A DNA stretch of 63,935 nucleotides, the filler included, from Klebsormidium nitens (taxonomy: Eukaryota; Plantae; Klebsormidiophyceae): NCBI GenBank assembly GCA_000708835.1. It is 7 parts of 7 records of this genome, joined end to end, with 100 filler letters (N's around TTAATTAATTAA, not from the genome) between each part and the next. Parts side by side here need not be neighbours in the genome. Positions count along the whole stretch, not along the records: positions 42,044 to 48,730 come from DF237966.1; positions 48,831 to 51,098 come from DF238723.1; positions 51,199 to 61,319 come from DF238169.1; positions 61,420 to 63,935 come from DF238675.1; 3 more parts are not named here. One strand, written 5' to 3'. The notes below the pieces were generated by a model. That model made no database searches and was not told the origin of the DNA. It saw only the letters and a list, made by a program, of their open reading frames with translations. Positions within the stretch are counted from its first letter, which is position 1. The number at the start of each line of letters is the position of its first letter. Both the position numbers and the translations under genes were made by a program. Positions 48,014 through 61,521 of this stretch are shown piece after piece.

Positions 48014-48730
48014 ATGGTCACAATCTCTGACGTACTTAAGCAACCCAGTCTCCTTATCTCGATCGAGAATCGAGTGCAATTTATAGAAATCTTACAATCA
48101 TGTTTAGCACATATAAAAAGCGTCAGTCCAGGATCAGATGACATCACAGATTTAGAAGGGATACTCGAGGAACTGACGAGAACGGAAGATATGGCTATGT
48201 CCAAGGCCTCTGTTCTGGACCTCCAAGATATTCTTCGTGGAATAATCGAGAGAATCAGAAAAGCTGAAGGCACTGCAGAACACGACAAGAGAGTGAACGA
48301 AAGCAGGTTACCCGTGGAAAGAAACCAGAAGATATACGACGAAGCGAGGGGGGTCGCTACGACCGGTTCTGGCAGACGACAGTCCTTTCCGACGACTTAC
48401 GATGACTTCTGTAAAGAGATCGGCATAGAGAATCATCCGAGTACTAACGCTAAGATGCGCTTGGGAGTAGCATGGAAGAGAATCATGAATGACCCAGAAC
48501 TCAGAAAGAGGATCGACGACGGCATCATAACACCCGATTGGGACGAGATAGCCAGAAACAAGATGAAGAGCCTCGACATGTCTCCCGTCGAACTCCAAGC
48601 CGTTAGGGCTCGGATGCTCGATCTCCAAGATCCGACCAACTCCCTCGGGAATGCGGCGACGGTCTCCAGCAAAGCTCGAGGGAGCACGACGCCCGGAGGC
48701 CCCGAGTTTCGAGGCATAGGCTCCGGACCC
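48014..48730 (+). CDS. Unknown intronless helical protein (runs into gap)
   Basis: Open ~240 codons; same strand and composition as the upstream gene. Confidence 0.55.
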
Positions 48731-49744
48731 NNNNNNNNNNNNNNNNNNNNNNNNNNNNNNNNNNNNNNNNNNNNTTAATTAATTAANNNNNNNNNNNNNN
48801 NNNNNNNNNNNNNNNNNNNNNNNNNNNNNNGATGACGTTATCCTCCGCGCATCTCTCGCTCAAATTGTTCTAGGAACACCTTGTCCTTGCTGACAGCTTC
48901 CAGCGTTATCTTTGCTCCCTCCTTATCTTGCAGAACAGCTTGCATGGAGTGGAGCTGGCCAGAGGGCAGCGAACGAATGCCGGGCTTGTGCTCCTTGGTG
49001 GGACTGTCAAGCTCTACAATGCGACCGTGGATATGGAACATGTTCCAGATGGTCCACCGAGAACCGGAGCACATCCTTGACGGTGACTGTGGGAACCTCT
49101 CGTGCGAATCCGGGCCCAGCAAACGCCATTTTCCGCGGCGTTATCTTGAAGCGCAAAAGAGCAACCTTGCACAGGAGAGACGTCTGATGAAGTCAGAAGA
49201 CAGGTTTGCTCGTATGAAAGCGGAGAGAAGTGTGATGTGTTAGCGCAGCGTGTGTGTGAAGAAGACGGACGGAAGTGGTTCCGCTGGTTTTGCTGTGACG
49301 GAGGAAGTCGCCAGAAGCAGCTGAAGCTGTGCGTTCATGCACGACGCAGAATGCGCAGAAGAAGCCAGTAGAAGCGAGCGATGATTGGCGCGATGTGGTG
49401 ACTGGTAAAGAAATCAGATTTGAATCGGAGACCAAAAAAGAATGCTGGCGGTCTTAGAGTAATCGTAAGCTCTCGTGCTCGAAATACCAACTCGTCCGAC
49501 TCGTCCGTACGGTGCGAACCAGTGCACGTCATACTCGACGACGCGTGGATGGGATTGCTGATTCGCAGGCTGCCCCCACGCGCGGGCTGACTTATACGAT
49601 CGATGGCCCGACAGTGCAACAGAACAGACGCATGCAACTAGAGCAGAGCGCAATTGTTGACGGACTCGACACGTGCAGCGCATTAGACGTAGTAGTCAAA
49701 CAGTCGAAGCACCGAACAGCCAATCAGAGCAGTTTATCGCGAAA

Positions 49745-51003
49745 TCAAGGAGAGCACTCGTCTGCGGAGTGGAGGCGCAACTGAATATGTAGAGGACAGT
49801 GGTCGCTCCAGTACGCTTCTACATTCCTCGCTGTTCCCGCTTTTACGAGGCTTCGCGAAAGCCACACGTGATCAAGCAAAGAGCCTTGATTTGTTGTGGC
49901 AATCGTATTGGCCAAGTGACAATCAAGACTGCGCATTAGACTCACCAATTGAGAGGATGTGCTGTTGCTTGCCAGAAGATTGACGTTGAAGTCGCCGGCG
50001 ATCAGGAGGCGCGGGTCCGATTGGAGTGATCGTTGCCGGATATCCATGACTGCCTGACGTAAGTAGCTCAAGAATTCTCCCACACTAGTTTCTGAAGGCG
50101 ATCAATAGACAGCAATAGCATAGAAGTCCAGGCCTTGACTTCCGCGCACATGGAAAGACAGAAGTTGCGTTCTAGATTTGCAGACTGCTGACAGCAAGCA
50201 GACATTCAGATGAAAGACGTCCGTTTTAACGAAGATCAGAACATCGTCGAATCCTTCTCGCGATGAGCTTTCAGATTCCGCACGCACAACCTTAAAGTCA
50301 ACATTTTCTAGAGCGCTCAAGGGGGGAGGTCCGAGTTTCTGTGAGGATTAGAAGTTGCGCGCGACGGAAGTTAGGATCAGAAAACACGTCTGGTAGATGC
50401 AGGCGAAGCGAGCGGACATTGTGTAGCATGATGTGGAACCCGTTACGACAGTCAGACACTGCAGGCACGTAAGGCACAGTAAGGATAACCGGCGACGTAC
50501 AGCAAAGACGGGCCATCTCGTCGATAACTTTCGCACTCACCCGGATCTCGTCGAAGGCATCATCTAAAATGACTATGCCCTCCAGCGTCCTGAAACGACT
50601 CAGACCTACGTAGTGCCGGCCAGCATCAACATGCCGAGGATTTGCTCCACGAAAGTCGACCGCGCCCTTGTTCAGCGTTAAGCCCTGATTGTGATAGAAA
50701 GTTCCTGCTGTTGCGGGACGCAAAGGAAACTGTGAGCGTGATATGAGACTTTCCAGTCGGTGCGTGGCTTGGAAATGCCGCGAAAGCCTGAAAACAGGTG
50801 TCCAAGAGTCCTGAGTCAATAGAAGAATCAGCTTCGTACACATTGCAGTATCCGTCCCTTGTACGTTTCTCTATTCTTGGCTCCACAAAATGAACCCATA
50901 TGACCTGAGGATCGGGTCTGCCGACATCGTGAAAGCGGCGAATGTATCCTGTATGTGATGGTTGGCCAGCTATATGCAGGGAGCTGGCAGGATAACTACA
51001 CAC
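49745..51003 (-). mobile_element. Helitron/Helentron remnant: PIF1 helicase C-terminus fused to AP-endonuclease (EEP) domain
   Basis: QFPLRPA..NQGLTL..YVGLSR; HNVRSL..LTETR; LIAGDFNVN, LLDHVW, YWSDHCP. Frameshifted. Confidence 0.8.
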
Positions 51004-54000
51004 GATCAGCTAACATGTGCGGAAACCATGAAAGCAGGCGTTCTCAAGCGATGGCGCAGCTCAGAAAAATTGCTGTCTTTCTGCTCAAGACAACTTCTNN
51101 NNNNNNNNNNNNNNNNNNNNNNNNNNNNNNNNNNNNNNNNNNTTAATTAATTAANNNNNNNNNNNNNNNNNNNNNNNNNNNNNNNNNNNNNNNNNNNNGT
51201 GACTCGGAACACTCCATATACATTGTGTGAACTTGATTGATTGAATATCACTTCCAACAACGCTGTGTTTCAACACTTATAACCAAGATGCCGCATACTT
51301 GATGTCGAATCCACAAGTATTGTTCCCAAGTCATGCTATACATCATGCAGTGACATTCGTATGCATGCTACTCCAAAGCCCGAGGTTGCCCTAAGCTTAC
51401 CTATTGGGACTATTCGTCTGATTTGCAGTTCTCCTAGTAACTGGACATGAGGAGATTCTCGCCGCGGGCAAGGTTCCAAGTCCACAAACCGGAAGGAGTT
51501 TTGGACACAATCTGTAGCACCAATTTCTGGAAAAGGGGCGCCCCTGGTTTCATGGCTGCTGCATAAGCGACTAGCTTCCCGAAGTACTCTGATCGCATTA
51601 CCTTGCATATAGCTGCATATAGCGGGTGAGCGTCACACTGGTATCGGGGGTGAAACGCCTTTCACCTTTCTCTTCGTTTTGCTCAGGTCTTTATGTCATA
51701 GGGACGCAGCTCTAGCTCTACGCCAGGTGGCGCAAGAACGTTTATCCTGCTCAGATAACTCGCTTAGAAAGGACTCAACCCTTTGAGTAGAGATGTCACG
51801 GTTGATGGGCAGCAGTGCACAAACCCTTTATGATTCATTGCGGGCAGGAGCAACAAGGAGTTCCGCTCCTCTTGTGAGGTGGCCTTGAGGGAGGTAGTCA
51901 GGAGGGTGTCTGGTCGATGGTTAGACGGGCCATTGTGTTGGACCAGGTGGGATGCACGGATTGGGACATGTTCTGGGCGTCTAGGCATGGGGAGAAGCTC
52001 AAGGGCTTTCCTCTGTTGCCCCTCTAAAAAAGAGTACATTTACTGGCCGCCCGCGTGGATCTGGACGTCACCCGGCACTGGGTCTAGCTGGCTTGAAGCC
52101 TGCCAGTTTTTGGTACCCTCCGAGTTTTTGGTACCCTCCCCCCCCTCCCCGACAGGTGTCTGTGGGACTTTTCGTACCCTATCTGGTCTGGCCAGCCGCC
52201 TCCAACACTGCCCATTTCTCCTTTAGGATTGAAGTCCGCCTAGCTCAGAGTCTGAGTCATCTAGTTGAAACGTTCTTACTCTTTGTGAGCATGGGAGAGG
52301 CGCGAAGGCGCCTGGTGATAAAACTCTTGGAGAGAAAGGTGGTGGAAATCCCGACACTACATGTCTCATTCTTGCTCCCTCTTGGCAGTTGCATGCATAA
52401 TCTCACGTGTATGATACATGAGTCACGGACTTGCAGCCAACTTGCACATGCATATACTCAGTCAGAATGCCCGTTTCGAATTCAACCGGATCCGGCCATC
52501 CGATGGCGGAACTGGCTTGGGGTTTATCTCGCGGCCGCACTGCGCGTTAGTGACACAAGTCCGAGCGACCCGCGAGCACGTAGCTACCGGGAGATTCCCA
52601 CGATCGGCTTGGCAAGCTAGGGCCGTTACACTAGTGTACATTACGTACATGGATGAACAGCATGTCAAGGGGACAGGACTTTCTGAGCAACATTGGCTCG
52701 TTTGTGAACAGACTTAGAATGTTGGAACTGGTCACGTTTGGGGACGAGGAGTGTTCTAATAGTGATTAGTTCCATTGTATAGTCCGGTCACGTCTGCTTC
52801 GTCGGCCTTGGCTCCTCTATTTGCACTTGCATCTGATTTGCATCCACATCTGCATCTATATCGACACCAGCTTTGCAATTGACAACCGCAATTGTTGTTG
52901 AGGAATCTACTCCGCTAATCGCTTCGGTATCTAACTCTTTGCAGGTCTATATTATCCCAATGGCGAAAGGCCTTAGGCTTGGGGCCGCCCCTTAAGATCA
53001 GGCGGCGTGATTAACATCATCGAGACGTGCATCGAGACTGCCCCGCAGTTTCAGGGTATATGGGCTGACCTTGCTATTGACGCTGAGAGGCTTGATCTTG
53101 AGCGTGAGCATCTGAACAACTCTGAACAGGCTGGTGTAGTTACTGTGAACCGCAAAGGTCAAGAAAGGACAGCAGGCCTATTTGTTGGAGCGGTTGCATC
53201 AACATCCTGCAGGGTTCCAAGGCTGAAATTGCTGCAGCTCGGGCTGCTGCGGCCGTTGCCTTTGCTACACAAGCCAATGAGGTGAATTTGCACGCTGAGA
53301 ATGCTCTTGGCTCAAACCTTCCCCTTCGTTTGAGTACACGGAGAAGGATTTGGATATCCGCAAGTGGCTTCAGGTGCTTGGGAGCTACCTGGCTGACTGT
53401 GCTGATGAGAACTATCAACGGATTGCAAGCTTCTATTTTGGGGGCAAGCCTCGTTCTTTCTGCTTGAGCAAGTACGATCTGCGTCTAAATGATGAAGCTT
53501 TGTGAAATCCTTCTGGCTATGGTCTCAAGAATAAGATTCAGTTTTGTTGGGATGTCCACGTGGAATAAATTGAGGAAATTCACAGTGTGGACATCCCTAT
53601 ACAATGTTGCTTTTGAGCAGGCCATGGCTGATCTTGCGGATTGAATCCACGATGAGCAGGTTATGCTTGAAAAGGTACAGATTTGGTATTCAAATTGACA
53701 TTGGGGAGTTCGCAAGAGTTAGCCCATCTGATCAGCGTTGGACATCTCTATCTGATCTGGTCACTTCTTGCATCCTTCTGTGGCCTACCATTCAGGCACG
53801 GCTGGACAATCTAGTGTTGGGGGCTCTAACGAACCTCCGACTGTGAAGGTTGACGGCAAGCGCGAGGCTATGTCTCCTAACCATTCTGGCAGGTCCAAGG
53901 GACTAGCATCTGGGTCAGGCTCTAGAGAGGGGAACTCTGGCAAGTTTCCTAGGTTGTCGGCAGAACGAAAGGTTTAGTATGTTCGTAGAAATGGTTCGTT

Positions 54001-55288
54001 ACATTTGTCAAACCCCTAAGCACTTGAGCGTTACTTGCCCTCCGCGTCAGATAGCTGAAAGGATAAGAAGGATTGGAGCAAGAAGAAAGATTTCACCTAG
54101 CTTCCAGTGTAAGCATAACAGTATCTGAAGACGAACAACACTATGCTGAAGAAAGCGACAATGTCTTTGGGGACTTCAAACAAGTAATTGCTCTGTGTGG
54201 CAAAACAATTGATCTTGAAGTTCAATTTGCATCTCAGTTTATCTCCACGGAACGGGGTTCACAATCCCATTCGTTTAACATCGGGTTGGAAAGCACATCT
54301 AGCCTAATACAGTCGCGCAGTCTGATCTGCGAAACAAGTTGCTATATTTCTAGTCAAGATATGAATCTGCTCTGGAAAACACTTCTGCTTATTTGTTGCT
54401 CCCTTCTTATTCTGAGTTTTCCCCTGCCTTGCTGAAAGGTTGGACAGCATTCATGTTTATCACGGCGTCGTTCGCCGTCCCCACTTTGAGAGGACTTCGA
54501 AGACTGAACTCTCCAATGCTGCATCCCGTGTACCGTATCTTGCCCCTACAATAATGAGCTTCTGGCCATTCTGGTTGGTTCATTTGCTTTGTAATCCATA
54601 CTTGCTGTATTCAGTCAGATTCCCGACAAGCACTTGAAGATGTTGTTTTTAGGGAAGGCTACAAGTGTTGATGCCAACATTCTGTTCAACAGCCGAGCCT
54701 CCAAGAACTTTGTCTCTGAGTTCTATCCCAAGCAAACTGGAATGTCCGTGCTGCCATCAAATCGTTCTTTACGTATGGGGTTCGACCAGATGTAGAAGCT
54801 AAAGAAGAGGCAAATGTCTATCTCACGCTTGGGTCTTACCACCTCAGACTTTTCGATGTGTCGTCCTGCCTCTGCTTCATGTTGTTAACTTCATTCTAGA
54901 TCAGCAGTCGATGACTTTCCAGAAGTGGATTTTGGATTTCGACAGAACGATGGTTCTTATGAAGAAGGGGAGACGTAGGGTTACGGTTCTCAAGTTTGCT
55001 CGTAGAACTTAGGAATCAATACTCGATGCTAAACCTTTGTCTTTCTCACAGGCAATTTATATGCAGTTTTGAAGACCGGGGAGTCGACGGTATAGACCGC
55101 GGTTGCATCGCGGAGTGACCGGGAACACATCTCGGTTTTCACTGCTTGAGATCGCGGCAGCAGTCGATGTTGAGCTCAGACTCTTTTCGATGCGTCTGCT
55201 AGACGGGGTCATATATTCATCAAAATTAAGCCCTCGGCGGGTCGATGAAACATGCCGCTATGGTTTGAATACGCACGCGGCATATTAA

Positions 55289-55712
55289 AGTGGGCGTAGG
55301 GCTCACAAGCTCACTTTTGATCGAACGGTACTTCAGACCGAGTGAAATTTATCGAACGGCCCAGGATCTATTTGAAATCACCACGGTACGGGACCTTTGA
55401 AGGACCAGCCGAATGCGGTACCGACCGAGTTCGGGCTCCAGGCAGGGACCGGATGCCGTCCAAAGGTATCGTACCAACTGGTACCGCGGTCTCTAGATGT
55501 TGACGTCACTCTGCGTCAGCTGCGGAAGGGTCCCAAAAAGGAAGCGGCGAAAGAGAGCAAAATGTCAAAAGTTTGGGATTCGACCCGCGACCAGCCCGTG
55601 ACTTTGGATCACAAGGCGAGCGCGCTTGCCATTTTGTCAAGTAGTCAAAATTTGCAGTGCCGGACGTCAAAAATGGTCGCGAAAGAGGGGGTTTTATAAC
55701 CCGACGCCCACT
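55289..55712. mobile_element. 424-bp MITE with TTAA flanks, Kolobok-like
   Basis: TTAA|AGTGGGCGT...ACGCCCACT|TTAA. Confidence 0.85.
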
Positions 55713-57199
55713 TTAAATCGCGGGAGACCGGACCTTCGTTTCGACGTCCCAATCGAATGGAAAAGATGTCTAACTTTGGGTTCTTCTAACTTTACTTTGC
55801 ATCGATGAAAGATCGAGCTACTCGTTGAAGCTTGTTACACTCGATGAGGGGAGCCTCATCTCAGGTTACACCATGTTTCCATAGAACGAAACGAAACGGC
55901 GAACGATCGAACTTTGAGATTTTATTTCGCCCCATTTACCTGCCATCAAACGGCGGTTTCGGCCTCTCCAAACCGCGGTTTGGAGTCCGTAGACCGCGAT
56001 CTTGAACTTCAACATATCGGTCAATTGGCGGTGCATCCGCCAATGCATTGCGGTCTGGACCGACTAGTTCCGGAATCGTAAAATTGCATATAAATCGCAT
56101 GTGCTTGAGTGCAATGCAAGTGAAGCGTGCTTTACGAAAGAAGCAACGGGTGTTCCTCGCTGTCATCAAGCTGCTTAACGCACCTGACGAAGATTTTGTG
56201 TCAACGTCGTCAATGGTTGCATCTGCGACTACGAGGACGTCGTACTCCTTCTGTAAGGACCTCAACGATACTGTTCTAAAAGAGTTGTGGAAGTCCGATC
56301 TGATTCATGAGTTTTCTGATGTGTCCAAGATCCTTTGCCTCTGGGTCTTCCCCCTGAAAGGAAAGAATGTTATACGACCCCTACTGAACCTGGTCATGCA
56401 GCTCCGTTTAGACCGTGTATCGCTTTTCTCCTTTAGGCCGTGTATCGCTTGTCTCCTTTGGTCATAAAGAGGCCTTCAGCAATTCCGTCGTGTAGGGGAT
56501 TATCGTCGGGAAGGGCTTTGGATGGTTTTGTCGTTAGTGAACTCCACTTCGAACTTTTGCCCCTCTGAATTGCCATGGTGCTTAGATGGTAAATGCCAAA
56601 TGGACCAGATTGGCATGTTCAGTATCTCCTTGAAAAGCCCTTCACCGCCTCTCGTTGCTCCAACGGCCCAACAGCCCGAGCCAAATTTGCTCGTCACCCC
56701 ACTCGACCTGGTTGCTCCCTTCCCTTCGCCCGAACCGGCTTAACCCCTTACCGACTCTTCTTGCCGTTTGCGCCTGCGGCATCAGGTATCTCTCATCCTC
56801 CTTTGCAAAGGGCCGCACCCCTTCTGAACCGCTCCTCTCACCGCTCCCTCCTTTAGTACTGTTGCTGATCAGGTCGCACTCGCGGTGTCGCTCTTATGAA
56901 TTCTCTTTGTGGGATCCGTCCTTGCCCCTTTCTCAAATACCGCTCGTTCTTCGGACCGAGAAGCAAATCGCGCACCGAGACCTCCGGCTTCTCTCCCCAT
57001 CTCTCTAAATTTCATCGCTACGGCTAGGAACTAGTATTTCATTCTCGAAAAGTGTTGGGTGTTTGACCTATTACCATTTCAAGTTTCCCTCCGAGCTTTG
57101 CTTTGACGCTCAAGTGAAGATGGCAACGCGCCAATTAGGTTAAGTTGAAGCGTCCTCACATGAGGATCGTCCATCTGAACACCCTTGTTGCCTAAGTCA

Positions 57200-59860
57200 C
57201 AAACTACTAGGCTCACTAGCCTACCTAGCTCACAATCACACTCACATCGTAGCCTTCGATATCTCATCTACGGCTTACATTGCGACGGTCGCTCCTATTC
57301 GCCTAACCTCTAAACCGCCTAACGGGTTAATCGTCTAAGCGCCGGCACGCACGCTGGCGCTCACTATTTCAAACCCTAATTCGGATCGAACCTTAATCAC
57401 ATTGCAATTCGGCTGACTATCAGCGAAATTTAGCTAACACTCTCACTCAGACCACTTAGTCTAAGCCTCCAAGTCGTCATGCTCTTCTTGCGGGCTGTCT
57501 TTTTCGCCTTTGGCGTCATCCACACGCCTCCACCCTCGCCATCGTCGCTCTTCTCTAGCGACGTCTTTTCCACTCTGTGCTCCGGCTCTTCGGCATCCAC
57601 GGCTTTGGTTGCTGCTCCCACATTTGCCCGATATCACTCTGCGGGCTCCCGTCACACTCACGTGTGGGATACCTTTCCAACTCGTGGTACTCCACGTTAG
57701 GCTTCTCCGTTGTTCGTTCCAAACCGGCGGGCTTGCTCTTCTACCGCCGTCTGTGGGCTCTTCTTGCATTTTCCCATCTTCGTGGCCTCCTCCACGACTT
57801 CGCGCATCGTTTCTACAATCGGCCCATTTTGGCCTTTTCCTGAAATCGAGCGCGCGGCGCGACTGTGGTCCGTTGCGGGCGCAGGCGCGACGCTCTTGCA
57901 CATCACTTTAAACTCCGCCTATTATTCGACCATTTTTGAACCAGTGCGCGCTCCTCATCCGCCCCCAAAAGTTCCCCACTCTCGTTCGACGCTCTCATTG
58001 TCGTCGTCTGACTCGTCTAGGTCGATCTCCACGACCATCATCGTCTTGTCACCACGCCTTCCGCTCTTATCGGCCTCTTTGCCGTGGCGCACACCCGGTC
58101 CTTCTTGACCGATCCCCTTGCAAGTAATGCTTTCTGGTTCTCCACGGTCTCAATCTCTTACAGTCCTCCACGTTTGACTGCCTTCCTCAAAGTTACCGTA
58201 CTCACAGTGCTCAGGGTCTTATACATAAGTTCCACTTCTCACGGCCTACTGCAATCAGAGACTCACCACAGATCCCCACGATTTTCTCGTCACGCACGAG
58301 CTCTTTGTAGCTCGTGAATTGGCTCCGATCGGCCGTGACGTGCTGGGTGGCTGTCCGAGTCGACAATCCACACCCCTTTGCGCACATCCCCGTCGTCGTC
58401 TCACGCCGTAAACGCTACTCCGTTTGCATCCCCCGCAAACTCTTTATCCTCTGCGCGGCCACTTGCGCGCGCTCTCTACCTACACCCTGCCTATGTGTGG
58501 CCCCTCTTGCCGCACTTGCGACACTCCGCATCGCGCAACCTGAACTTTGCCTTCTTGTGGCCCACTTTGTCACAACAACAGAACATTGGCGGGTTTGAGC
58601 TTCCGCCGCCTCTCACCTCCGAGCTTCTTCCCAACTCGTTTGAGCATCCCCCGCCCTTCTCTGAGCTTGAGAAGCCCATATGCTTGGCGGCATACGCCAC
58701 CGGTCCATCTCTACCGAAGTCCCCGCTTCGGCCCTCAACTTTAGCTTCAGCTCTCTCTGCATTAGCTTTGGCTGGATCTCATCTAGGGTTAGCTCTTCCT
58801 CTCCGAGCTCCGAAACTTCCAGAAGAGTGGCATACTCCCCCGGCAAACCCTCCCAGGCGTGCACGGCCAGCTCACACTCTGAGACGATTTGTCCCGTTCC
58901 TCCAAATCTTGCTTGAGCTCCCAAGATTCCCCTAGGTACTATGCAATGGTCTTCCCTTTGATTAACCTGAAACCCGACAGCTTCCTCGTGAGCTGAATCA
59001 TGCGCGCATTGGTCCTCTTTTCAAAGTTCTCGACTTAATTATTCCACGCTTTTGCTGCCCCGGATTCACCCTCAATCAAGGGGGTTGATGCTGATTCAAT
59101 GCACACAGCCATCCCTTGTGCGCAAGAAGCCCACGGAACTTGGCCTTCCATGTTGACCGAATCTCACCACATTTGCGGAATCGACAACTTGTCTCCCGCC
59201 ATCTCAACTACACGATCCCTTCAAGACAAAGAAGCCAAATCCTCCGCTCCTTTTCCTCACAGGCTCACGGGCGCACACTTTCAAACATCGCCCTGTAGAC
59301 GATCAGAATTTGAAGACACGCGCACTCCTCACAACCAAGCATTTTGGGAACATAACTATTGAAGCTCATGGTGAGGGAGTCGTAGTGTACTTGAGATACT
59401 CGTCACCGAGTCTTATTGCGCTGCCCGGCACCCATGCTCATCACTCATTAATGGCAGCCATGCAGCCTAAGGGGGTCACACGAAGCGCCTCACAAGCGGC
59501 TTCCTTCTCGACAATTTTCCTTTAATATGATGTATCACAATGTGGTTTTCACCACCATAAGTCCTACGAATCTCTCCCGTTCCACTAGGCCCACTAGCCT
59601 ATTAGGCTCGCTAGCCAAAGTAACACACTACTAGGCTCACTAGCCTAGCTCATAACACACTCAATTTTAGCCTTCGATATCTCATCTAAGGCTTACACTG
59701 ACGGTCACGTACTCTCAACCGCCTAACTTCCAAACCACTGAACGAGTTAGCCTTCTAAACGCCATGCACGCACGGCGGCGCTCACTAGTTCAACCCCTAA
59801 CTCAGGTCGAACCCTAATCACACAGTAATTCGGTTGACTAATAATTACCAAATTCGAACA
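57200..59860 (-). mobile_element. Internally deleted copia-like element between ~230-bp direct repeats
   Basis: Repeats at ~57200-57439 and ~59625-59860; between them, remnants of gag (GLPGEYATL..LTLDEIQPKL), Zn knuckles (CRKCGKRGH) and protease (WIVDS). Confidence 0.65.
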
Positions 59861-59874
59861 GTACTTCTCATTAA

Positions 59875-60300
59875 AGTGGGCGTAGCAAGCGCGCTTGCAT
59901 TGTGATCAAACGGTAAATTCACCTGAGTGAAACTTATCGGACGGTCAGAATCTGTCTGAGGATCGACACGGTACGGGACCTTTCAAGGACCAGCCGAATG
60001 CGGTACCGACCGAAGCATGGCTCCCGGCAGGGACCGGAGGCTGTCCGCAGGTATCGTACCAGTAGGTACCGCGGTTCCCGCGCTTTGACATCAGCCTACG
60101 TCAGCCGCAAAACGTCGCAAAAAGGAAGGGGCAAAAGAGAGCAAAAATGCCAAATTCGTTGGATTCGAACCCGCATCGGGCCGCAGCTTCCGACCTCAAG
60201 GCGAGCGCGCTTGCCACTTTGGTCAAGTCGCGCCAAAATGTGCACAGCTGGAGATCAAAATCTGTTGCTCAAGTGCGGGTTTTATACCCCGACGCCCACT
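59875..60300. mobile_element. 426-bp MITE, second diverged copy
   Basis: Same TIRs and TTAA flanks; internal similarity (CACGGTACGGGACCTTT.AAGGACCAGCCGAATGCGGTACCGACCGA). Confidence 0.85.
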
Positions 60301-60899
60301 TTAAGGTTGATGATCCTTGCACGACTGATAAGAGCCCACAGTCGTGTACTTGTTGCTTCCACCAACTTCCAACGGTTGTTTCGGTCAAACTTGCGGTTGC
60401 TCTTGACCTCGGGATGTGTCCCATCATGCGCTCTCGTTCATTGACGATGTGATTTATCCCAATCGCAGTTTGCTGCGGTCATACCCCATGCCCGGATTTA
60501 GGCGATCGGGCTCTTGCAATTGAAAGGCAAACTACAAAACCGGGCGTGGCGACACAAGGGTGGGTCAAACTTGGATGGGCTCACCGGCACCGTTCATTAA
60601 AAAGTAGTCTCGAACCATTTGGTCACCCTTCAGCCACCAACTACATCGTGCTTAAGGACTTCAATACGTCCCTCTCCTCAACCTTGTTGGGAGAGAACGC
60701 CCGCAGTCCTACCCTTCATAACGGGCCCTAGTCAAGGGCCTCGGCGCTAAGTTAGTCCAAAAAGTGCGTCCTCTGTGGGCTGCGGAACCTAACGTTGCCG
60801 CATTAGTTGAGGACTCCCTACCCAAATTGACCCTTGCATGTTGCGTCCATTCGCTCAAAATCGGGCCGTGCCAGTGTAGACCCATGGGTGGTCGCTCTT

Positions 60900-61319
60900 G
60901 TCGGCCGGATCTCTGTTGAAACACAGCGTTGTTGGAAGTGATTGATTGAATAACACTTCCAACAAAGCTGTGTTTCAACAGGTTATGGGCCCACGGCGCT
61001 AGGGCGGAAGGATCAGCCACGGAAGCTCTCCGTATCGCGACGGACGTTGGTAAAGAAGCGGTCTCTTTCACTTAAAGCCATTGAGTAGGCAACACATAAA
61101 ACCGCAAAGAAAGAAACCACGTTCTTTCCTGAGGAGAAGCGGCAAAACGCGGTGCAAATCAGCCTATGGTTCTTTCTTGTCAATGAAGGCATCGGTGGGG
61201 GCGGGTTGCTTTATCACGGGTGCTCTTTGAGCCAAGTGACACTTAAAAGTCCCGTAAGGAGGATCAAGTGGTTTCGAAAGCCTAAAAGGAAATTTTCCAC
61301 CTTTGGTCCTTGTCAAGAG
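60900..61319 (+). mobile_element. Copia LTR 3' end, PBS and leader (cut by gap)
   Basis: TTTCAACA-GGTTATGGGCCC at 60973-60992; reverse-complement match to ~37750-37880. Confidence 0.75.
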
Positions 61320-61521
61320 NNNNNNNNNNNNNNNNNNNNNNNNNNNNNNNNNNNNNNNNNNNNTTAATTAATTAANNNNNNNNNNNNNNNNNNNNNNNNN
61401 NNNNNNNNNNNNNNNNNNNTCCGGGAGGCCGCTGCCGCGGGGGCTCAGGACAACCTTTCCCTCAAATCAATCTCTTTTGATATCTTTCTCACATCTCCAA
61501 CTTCTATCTCTCCTAGGCGTC

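Noticed and set aside
51336-52226. Possible PIF/Harbinger-like transposase remnant (FPEIGATD)
   Set aside because: A single weak motif; no coherent catalytic triad could be reconstructed.
53000-55000. Stop-riddled minus-strand coding-like sequence
   Set aside because: It looks like a decayed gene, but I cannot assign a family without a translated search.
56048-56467. 139-aa ORF
   Set aside because: No motif, no ATG start and no second copy to support it.
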